A DNA stretch of 64,000 nt from a virus, in IMG/VR virus record IMGVR_UViG_3300043424_000514, positions 1 through 64,000 of that record. The stretch is one strand, 5' to 3'. The position numbers and the translations under genes were made by a program. Every line of letters starts with the position of its first letter. Position 1 is the stretch's first letter. The notes below the pieces were generated by a model that did no database searches, was not told the origin of the DNA, and worked only from the letters and a program-made list of their open reading frames with translations. Shown one piece after another: positions 57,757 through 64,000 of the stretch.

Positions 57757-58428
57757 TTATTCTGCGGGGTTAATCTTTGTTTTCTTGGGGCGCAAGCGGT
57801 TGACCATCTTGCGGAGATATTTGATGTTGTCTTGTGCCGCCTCGATGCAGTTCTCTGGGGTGGCTGATTTGCCGTAGCGCCAGTTGTTAAGCTGGTCTTG
57901 TCCGGTGCTGGCGCAGTCCAGGCAATACTCTGCCCATCCTGCGAAGTGTTCGATGCTCCGGCCTTCGAGGTGATACCAAAGGTCGTCGAGTATAGACTCG
58001 CAGACTTCGTCGCCTTCGCGTTCATCCCATCCGGCAACAGGTTCGTAGTCGCCGCATCCGGCGATGCTGTCCTCACGGACAACGAACCAAGTCTTGCCGT
58101 CCTTCCTGCCCTGTTCGATAGCCTGAACGCTCTCGTGCCACCCCGTTTCGCAGTCCGACTCGCCGCAGTTCCATGCGTTGCCGACATCCTCGGCCTCACC
58201 ATCCCACTCGAAGTCGCCTTCTGGGCAATGAGCAAACAAGGACTCCTCGGTGATCTTGGTGCGGTTGACTGGCTTGAACAGCTTGGCCTTGAGCTTATAG
58301 ATTTCAGACTGTAAGCGGGCGACTTGCTTCTCCTGTTCTGGGGTTAGGGGGTTCTCCGCTTCTTCCTCTTGATTGTAGAGGTGCTTGTCGGGGTCGAGGT
58401 AGTCGTTATGTGCAGATGTGAATGACAT
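57757..58428 (-). CDS. hypothetical protein
   Basis: acidic Cys/Trp-rich ORF bounded by spacers. Confidence 0.7.
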   Translation of the reverse strand: MSFTSAHNDYLDPDKHLYNQEEEAENPLTPEQEKQVARLQSEIYKLKAKLFKPVNRTKITEESLFAHCPEGDFEWDGEAEDVGNAWNCGESDCETGWHESVQAIEQGRKDGKTWFVVREDSIAGCGDYEPVAGWDEREGDEVCESILDDLWYHLEGRSIEHFAGWAEYCLDCASTGQDQLNNWRYGKSATPENCIEAAQDNIKYLRKMVNRLRPKKTKINPAE

Positions 58429-58467
58429 GGTTTGGTTTCTTTCTTTGTTGGTTTAGTTGTTGGGTTA

Positions 58468-58857
58468 TTATTCTCCGAAGTAAAAGCAACGGGAGTAATC
58501 AAGAAGCACTCTCTCGTCGTCGTTGGTGATGGGAAGTCGCTCCCATGAGGTGAACCAATCTTGATACTCCAAGGTGGCGCTTTCAGGATCGCCGAAGCAA
58601 TCAAGCTGACCGAGGATTCGGACGGCGGGGCCTCCGGTGCAGAGGAGAATTTGGAACTCTCCAGCTTTTAACTCGCTTGGAGTTGAGGCCCAATCGGAGC
58701 GCACCTCTACGGACAAGGGGTCTTCTTGGATGGATGTCATTGCATCCTCGCGGGCGTCCTCGTCGGGGGAATTGAGGGCGGCGACCATCTCTCGGATGGA
58801 GTCAAGTTGCGAGGCGGCTTGTTGTTGGGCGCGGTTGTTTTCAGTGTCTTTGTTCAT
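58468..58857 (-). CDS. conserved phage hypothetical protein
   Basis: EDPLSVEVR...ILLCTGGPAVRI...YQDW. Confidence 0.75.
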   Translation of the reverse strand: MNKDTENNRAQQQAASQLDSIREMVAALNSPDEDAREDAMTSIQEDPLSVEVRSDWASTPSELKAGEFQILLCTGGPAVRILGQLDCFGDPESATLEYQDWFTSWERLPITNDDERVLLDYSRCFYFGE

Positions 58858-58892
58858 GGCTATGTATCCTTTCTTTGTTGGTTGTTGGGTTA

Positions 58893-59117
58893 TTATTCTG
58901 CGGGGGAATCAAGGGCGGCGAGGAATTCGCGGGCGGCATCGACATCGGTGTCGTCCGCCGCAGGGTGGATCAGACGGGAGACAATGGACTTCGTCTCAGT
59001 AAGCAAGAGCAGCCACGCCTTCTCGGCATGGAGCCCTTCCCTGTGGTGGTCTTCGCAATACTCGGACAAGGCCCAGTGGAGGGTGTCGAGTGCGCCGGTA
59101 AGTTTATGTTTGCTCAT
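58893..59117 (-). CDS. hypothetical protein
   Basis: bounded by spacers with SD. Confidence 0.7.
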   Translation of the reverse strand: MSKHKLTGALDTLHWALSEYCEDHHREGLHAEKAWLLLLTETKSIVSRLIHPAADDTDVDAAREFLAALDSPAE

Positions 59118-59139
59118 AGGTTGTTTCCTTTCTTGTTGG

Positions 59140-59475
59140 TTAGCGGTATCGGGAGAGAGTTGAATACATAGGCTTTAATGTGGCTTGGACAGCCCAATGG
59201 TGTAGACCTGCCAAGTCGTCATACTCGTGTTCCACGAGCTTCCCGAATCGTTTGAAAGGGGCGCTCGCCTCAACTTGCTGAATTAAGTTAAGCAACTTTT
59301 CATTTTTGTATTCCCCGTAATAAATGTGCTGCGGTCCAGATATTACGAGTATCCACTTATTAGGTGCCCACGAGTGAGTCACTTGTCTGATGCTGAAACC
59401 ATTAACGCCACGGGGCATCTCCTTGTTTGCGGCTCGGACTAAATCAAGCGCGGTGTCGATGGGGTCTATGCTCAT
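59140..59475 (-). CDS. hypothetical protein (lower GC)
   Basis: bounded by spacers; AT-richer than neighbours. Confidence 0.7.
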   Translation of the reverse strand: MSIDPIDTALDLVRAANKEMPRGVNGFSIRQVTHSWAPNKWILVISGPQHIYYGEYKNEKLLNLIQQVEASAPFKRFGKLVEHEYDDLAGLHHWAVQATLKPMYSTLSRYR

Positions 59476-59505
59476 TGGTTTGTTTCCTTTCTTGTTGGTT
59501 GGTTA

Positions 59506-59913
59506 TTACTCGTAACGAGGGGCTGATTCTTTGCTGTTGTCTGATTGCCCTGGGGAGGATTCGACTGTGACCCACAGGTCTCCGCCATCGCTCCACCCTA
59601 GGGGGATATACCCCTCGTCATGGTAGGCGGTGTCGATGTCGGGCAGGTTAGCCATGGCAGCATGGCGGGACGGGGCCTCGGCGCGGTTGGCCTTGGCGAC
59701 AAGGGCCTTGGCTACTTCGAGCCACTTCTCGGCGACGCTGCGGGTGGCAAAGGGGACGGTGCCGTGAAGGGCGTTCACGGTATACCACCACCCGCCTTCT
59801 TCTGGCCCGCCGTAGCAGCGTTCTCTCCGATACACGGAGACCCAAGCGGGGCTGGCTTGCTCGAATTCGGTGTGGGCTTCGATCTTTTCTACGAGTTGTT
59901 CGATGAGGTTCAT
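59506..59913 (-). CDS. conserved phage hypothetical protein
   Basis: YGGPEEGGWWY motif, ends PRYE. Confidence 0.75.
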   Translation of the reverse strand: MNLIEQLVEKIEAHTEFEQASPAWVSVYRRERCYGGPEEGGWWYTVNALHGTVPFATRSVAEKWLEVAKALVAKANRAEAPSRHAAMANLPDIDTAYHDEGYIPLGWSDGGDLWVTVESSPGQSDNSKESAPRYE

Positions 59914-59939
59914 AGGTTGTTTCCTTTCTTGTTGGGTTG

Positions 59940-60128
59940 TTACTTGGATGCTTTTGCGATGCGATAAAGGAGTATCTCGCGCAAGGTCGATCCCCTAGGG
60001 AGGTCTCGCACGAACTCAAACGCACGGCTTAACTCCTCGACGCTGGGTAAAGGGGCGTCGTGCGACAGGTGGTTGGCGACATTGATGTGACCAGCCTCAA
60101 TGAGCAATGGTATGTGTGGGTGTTTCAT
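59940..60128 (-). CDS. hypothetical protein
   Basis: start MKHPHIP at 60128 after SD. Confidence 0.65.
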   Translation of the reverse strand: MKHPHIPLLIEAGHINVANHLSHDAPLPSVEELSRAFEFVRDLPRGSTLREILLYRIAKASK

Positions 60129-60151
60129 TTGTTTCCTTTCTTGGTTGGTTA

Positions 60152-60448
60152 TTACTCTTCGTTTTCTGCGGCTTCCTCTGCGGTGCGCCAGCATTCTTCG
60201 TAGTAGGTGTTGTTGTCGTGCCGCTCCTTGGTAGCCAGATGACCGAGGTGGTTACAGAAGTGGTGCGGCGGGCCGATAATGATCCACTCGGAGCCGTCGT
60301 CTCCTTCGGATGTTGTGACTGACCATATCTGGTCGTCGTCAAAGCCTGCGTCTTTGGCTTCCTTCCAACTTTGGAAGTAGTCTCCGTCTGGTCGCCGGAT
60401 TTCTTCATAGGGGAAGTCGCAATCAAAGCAGATGTTCATTGGTTTCAT
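60152..60448 (-). CDS. hypothetical protein
   Basis: start MKPMN at 60448 after SD; QIWSV...HFCN.LG. Confidence 0.7.
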   Translation of the reverse strand: MKPMNICFDCDFPYEEIRRPDGDYFQSWKEAKDAGFDDDQIWSVTTSEGDDGSEWIIIGPPHHFCNHLGHLATKERHDNNTYYEECWRTAEEAAENEE

Positions 60449-60467
60449 TTGGTTGTTTCCTTTCTTG

Positions 60468-60722
60468 TTATCCTTCAACGATTCGGAAGTCGTCGGCATC
60501 TTGCCAGTAGGGTTGGAAGACCAAGTCCTGCCAGAAGGGGCTGTCCCAAACACCGCACTCAAAAGAGTCTTCACACTCATCGAGTTCCTTGGCGACCGCT
60601 TGCTCGGCGGCGGCTTGGGACTCGGCTTCGATCTCGATCTCGGCGTAGGCCGGAACGGTTACTGCTACGGTTACTTTGTATTTTTTAGGTGCCCAAATAG
60701 TTTCTATTTTATCGAGTTGCAT
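60468..60722 (-). CDS. hypothetical protein
   Basis: KKYKVTV...IEIEAES..AAE pattern; SD present. Confidence 0.7.
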   Translation of the reverse strand: MQLDKIETIWAPKKYKVTVAVTVPAYAEIEIEAESQAAAEQAVAKELDECEDSFECGVWDSPFWQDLVFQPYWQDADDFRIVEG

Positions 60723-60741
60723 ATTGGTTAGTTTCCTTTCT

Positions 60742-60999
60742 TTAGTTTGCTGCGTCTCTAACTCGATCCCAGTTCGTGCCGTAGTTGGCGTCGAAGTAGT
60801 GATCTAGGTTGTCTGCGGTTGCGATATGGGCAGGATCGTTCCAGTCAACGGGGTCGGGTGAGGCGTCCCCATCCTCATCGACGGAGAAATCCTCTGGAGT
60901 CCAAGCCTCCAGATAGACCATCGGATACTTCGCTCGGAAGACTTTGAGGTCTTCGTAGAAGGTGTCGGCGGGGTTGTTGGGTTTGGTTTTCTTGCTCAT
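60742..60999 (-). CDS. hypothetical protein
   Basis: acidic ORF, FDANYGTNWD. Confidence 0.7.
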   Translation of the reverse strand: MSKKTKPNNPADTFYEDLKVFRAKYPMVYLEAWTPEDFSVDEDGDASPDPVDWNDPAHIATADNLDHYFDANYGTNWDRVRDAAN

Positions 61000-61114
61000 T
61001 GGTTTGTTCTTTCTATTGTTGGTTGTTGATGTGGATGTTCTGGAGGGAACAAAGGGTTTCTGTTATTCGATAACAGGCTCCCTAGGGAACGAGGTTACTC
61101 TCCCTAGGGAGGGG

Positions 61115-62296
61115 TTAAGACACCGCTGCCGCTGATCCGTTCAATCCTTTTTTGTTTAGGAATGCGACGAGTTCTCGGTAGCGGTTGCGCCGTGAGGGGT
61201 GGTTGACGAAATCGCAGAAGCACTCGGCGGTGATGTCACGCAGGCTGACGACACGGACAAACTCGACGAGGGCCGCAACGAACTGGACATTCTTGAGGAA
61301 GCTGGACTTCTTGAGTGTCGCACGGAAGGCACGAACCTCGATGCGGTCGCCCTCACGAATGGCGGCGGCGGCATAGCGTCCGGTGTAGGGGTCGCGAGCC
61401 CAAGGAACTACGACATCATAGTTTGCGAACCCATTGGACCCACGGCCTGTGACCTTCTCGCAGAACTTCCGATTGACAGGGAAGAACCGGAGGAACTTGA
61501 CCTGTTGCAAGCGGGTCAGCGAACTGCGGCGGATGCTGATGTGGATGCCGTAGCCTGTGCCTGCATCCCATCCGATTGCCTTGCCCCGTATGTCGTCGAG
61601 GAACCCAGACCAATTCCCTTTGCGGTAGGTGCGGAGGCCGAGAGGCGGGGCGACAATCTCCACGCCAAGCTGCTCATGCAACGAGCCGTCCCTCTCGGGG
61701 ATGAATCCGTGATCCTTTGCGGCAAAGCAAATGTCGTTTAGGGATTCTTTGTTGCTGGCGCATATCTCCAACTCGACACCGAACAAGTCGGCGAGGGGGT
61801 CGTGTTTCTTCCACAGGTTTCGAGTGTATTGATCCCCGTGGTATTGCCCTCGACCTGATGATTCCTCATCCTCATCCTCCGGCTCTGGCTCCCAATGGTA
61901 GTCGCCATCGCTGTCCCAGTGGTAGAGGTCGTCTTGGTGTTCTTCATAGCAGACGGTGTAGCCGTCCACCTCGACGCTACTAAAATTATTATCGCTGAAA
62001 TAATTATCGGAGTGTTCGCAGAAGAAGGCGTTGTTGCCAGTGCAACAACCGCACCATTGCTCCTCGTGACCACGACGGTTGACAATGACGGTCCGGCTGT
62101 CATCGGAAGGGTGGCAATCACCGCAATGGCCGCAGTCGAAGGTGTCCTCCGTGTAGTGAATGTCGCCATCGTAGGTGGTGCAATAGTCGCTCCCGTCGAT
62201 GATGCCTTGAGCCACGAGCCAGTCGCAGAGTTCCTCGGTTCTCTTGCTGGGGCGGGTGTTCTGCCAAACTTTGCGGATGTAGTCTTTGAGTTTCAT
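61115..62296 (-). CDS. amidoligase (COOH-NH2 ligase) with N-terminal Cys-rich region
   Basis: FGVELE, ERDGSL, GVEIVAPP, GIHISI, GRY, IEVRAFR; CxxC repeats. Confidence 0.85.
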   Translation of the reverse strand: MKLKDYIRKVWQNTRPSKRTEELCDWLVAQGIIDGSDYCTTYDGDIHYTEDTFDCGHCGDCHPSDDSRTVIVNRRGHEEQWCGCCTGNNAFFCEHSDNYFSDNNFSSVEVDGYTVCYEEHQDDLYHWDSDGDYHWEPEPEDEDEESSGRGQYHGDQYTRNLWKKHDPLADLFGVELEICASNKESLNDICFAAKDHGFIPERDGSLHEQLGVEIVAPPLGLRTYRKGNWSGFLDDIRGKAIGWDAGTGYGIHISIRRSSLTRLQQVKFLRFFPVNRKFCEKVTGRGSNGFANYDVVVPWARDPYTGRYAAAAIREGDRIEVRAFRATLKKSSFLKNVQFVAALVEFVRVVSLRDITAECFCDFVNHPSRRNRYRELVAFLNKKGLNGSAAAVS

Positions 62297-62326
62297 AATG
62301 TCTCCTTTGGTTGTTGGGTTATTACA

Positions 62327-63193
62327 TCAAAGCGGGATCGAACTGCCGTAGGTTCGATAATTGAAATCGTCGCAGGAGAAGACTGCCTCGTAGAGGTCAT
62401 CGAATCTGTCGGAGTAGGCGAGGATTTCCTCGGGCAACATCCCGATCTTTAGCGCGTCATCGACGAGCCACTCACCATCGACGCCGAGCTTTTCCCGTGC
62501 CCTTGCTAGTCGGCGGATGTCTTTCTTGCCATACTCAAGGGCGGTCGATGCGCTCCAGCCGGTGCATGACCAATCCTCCCTGTTATCGGATAACAGAGGG
62601 CGATTGAATCCGTAGCCGTAGCAGACCTTCTCGTAGCTGTCGTTGCTATACCAGATGCTCGGAGACTTCTCGTCGTCCCAATGCCCAGCCTCCTCGTTGA
62701 TGAGGAGGTAGCGTCCGTCCTCGTGGAGGAAGGCGAGCTTCGATCCCCCGATGCTCTGGGCAAAGAGGAACTGGATCGCGTTGCAATTCCACAGGGACTC
62801 AGGGTCGCGATCGGCAATGGGCTTGATGACCTGCTCGACATAGTGCCAGGTGTCCGAGTGTTCTTTGGATATGCTCTGTGCAATCGGGATGATCCCGTTG
62901 TGCGCCATGTGAACGGCGCTCGATACCTCGAAGGGGTGGCAGTTGGCTTCGTTCTTCAGGCCCGCTGTGGCGAGTCGGAAGTGGACGATGCCTTGCTCCA
63001 TTGCGAAGGGTCGGTATGCCTCGATGAAGTCGGAGTATTTGAAGAAGCCACGCTCCCTGTGGAGGTAGCTTGTCCCGTCCTCGTTGACCATGCGGACGAC
63101 GAAGCCTGCGCCGTGTGGGTTGGCGCTGAAGGCGGTCTCCAAGTGATCCTCGGGGATGGTGATGTTGGCATTTTTATAGATGAGTAGGCACAT
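62327..63193 (-). CDS. class II (Ntn) glutamine amidotransferase
   Basis: N-terminal Cys (MCLL), NPHGAG, HFRLAT, NCHPF, HNG, SDT. Confidence 0.9.
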   Translation of the reverse strand: MCLLIYKNANITIPEDHLETAFSANPHGAGFVVRMVNEDGTSYLHRERGFFKYSDFIEAYRPFAMEQGIVHFRLATAGLKNEANCHPFEVSSAVHMAHNGIIPIAQSISKEHSDTWHYVEQVIKPIADRDPESLWNCNAIQFLFAQSIGGSKLAFLHEDGRYLLINEEAGHWDDEKSPSIWYSNDSYEKVCYGYGFNRPLLSDNREDWSCTGWSASTALEYGKKDIRRLARAREKLGVDGEWLVDDALKIGMLPEEILAYSDRFDDLYEAVFSCDDFNYRTYGSSIPL

Positions 63194-63229
63194 ATTATTT
63201 ATCTTTCTTTTTGTTTGGTTTGCGGCGGT

Positions 63230-63261
63230 AAAACAAAAGGGAGTTACACCATGTAACTCCC
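63230..63261 (-). terminator. intrinsic terminator
   Basis: minus strand GGGAGTTACA-TGG-TGTAACTCCC then TTTTGTTTT. Confidence 0.7.
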
Positions 63262-63321
63262 CTTCGTGCAGCCTTGCCGCTTGGCTACAAAGTTTCTTTG
63301 TTTAAGGTTTTCTTAAACGGG

Positions 63322-63735
63322 TTAGTAGAGGTCGCGATCAGCAGGGGTTCCCGCATCGACTACTCGGAACTCCGTTGAATACTCGCCTCGGTAGTCAGCC
63401 AAGGCGTCAACTTCAGTAGCATAGATCGCAGTTTCATACTCCCCTTTCATCTTGAAATCAGCCCATCCGTCAAGGTAGCGGACCTGAACCTTGAACCTAG
63501 TCAACTTGACTGCTTCATAGTCAGGGCGGTTCAAGGTATAAAGCAAGTAGTCCTGATTGGATTTCGTTGCTTCGAGCAGGGTCCCGCAGTTATGCCAAGA
63601 GGATGATTCGATTGGGCACATCCACGACTCACCTGTGATTAGGTTTGTCACTCGGTAAGGGCAGTCAGTTGCATTGATGTCCACGATTTCAACTTTGAGG
63701 TCGTGGATGTAGTGGGTTATGTTAGTCTTGCTCAT
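63322..63735 (-). CDS. hypothetical protein
   Basis: start MSKTNITH at 63735 after AAGAAAGGAAAC. Confidence 0.65.
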   Translation of the reverse strand: MSKTNITHYIHDLKVEIVDINATDCPYRVTNLITGESWMCPIESSSWHNCGTLLEATKSNQDYLLYTLNRPDYEAVKLTRFKVQVRYLDGWADFKMKGEYETAIYATEVDALADYRGEYSTEFRVVDAGTPADRDLY

Positions 63736-63754
63736 AATCAGTTTCCTTTCTTTG

Positions 63755-64000
63755 TTAGTGACCTCCCTCGTAAGTGCGGCCTGCTTTGATGGTGCCGTCG
63801 GACAGGAAATGAATGATGAACCCATCCCCCAAGTCATTGCTCGGCATGACATCCGCTATGTGGTAAACCCCATCGGGGCGGCAACCTACATACTGCCCGT
63901 AAGGCCAGATTCTAACGGTCGTCCCACCAAATTGCGTTTCCACATACCACTCTCGCGGCTTGACCGAACCCCTGAACCCAGCAACCGAGCCTATTTTGAA
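63755..64000 (-). CDS. hypothetical protein, start outside window
   Basis: frame of ORF 63755..63943 stays open to 64000. Confidence 0.55.
   Translation of the reverse strand, partial: FKIGSVAGFRGSVKPREWYVETQFGGTTVRIWPYGQYVGCRPDGVYHIADVMPSNDLGDGFIIHFLSDGTIKAGRTYEGGH

Larger units (their letters stand above)
53470..63757 (-). repeat. dispersed intergenic spacer TAA(TAA)CC-(CAA)n-AGAAAGGAAAC-ATG before early genes
   Basis: about 16 related copies, e.g. 53470-53508, 56262-56298, 57718-57759, 58429-58470, 58858-58895, 59476-59508, 59914-59942, 60129-60154. Confidence 0.85.

Noticed and set aside
53470-63757. Repeated spacers as a CRISPR array or attC sites
   Set aside because: Copies are degenerate, non-palindromic and separated by whole genes; no cas operon or integron integrase
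1-64000. TAG stop-codon reassignment suggested by frequent CCCTAGGG
   Set aside because: Genes are full length in the standard code and several end at TAG (11247, 33048, 34666)

Overview
The whole window reads as most of a single temperate, podovirus-like tailed phage or prophage genome. No host housekeeping genes, rRNA, tRNA or CRISPR array were seen, and both ends cut through minus-strand phage genes. Layout: (1) 1-9211, minus strand: primase (partial), family A DNA polymerase, SSB-like protein, helicase-nuclease fusion, DUF6378, Holliday junction resolvase, small regulators, tyrosine integrase. (2) 9478-51764, plus strand: terminase large subunit, a long tail-fibre/collagen block, lysis genes, metallophosphoesterase, portal, scaffold, major capsid, tail proteins, a sulfotransferase-like/citrate-synthase-like fusion, and ejection proteins including a 3988-aa polyvalent protein. 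(3) 52021-64000, minus strand: terminase small subunit, a histone-fold-like protein, and an early-gene array (VWA + MoxR pair, amidoligase + glutamine amidotransferase pair, many small ORFs) separated by a repeated spacer. Most notable: an ADP-ribosyltransferase-like cassette bounded by identical 33-bp repeats next to a WGR-like domain inside the giant protein; a polar TAATAACC motif (23 copies counted, mostly co-oriented with transcription); a palindrome CCCTAGGG (25 copies counted); and apparent ACGT/GTAC avoidance. All calls come from reading motifs by eye; no searches were run and counts are manual. A Verrucomicrobiota-like host is only a guess.
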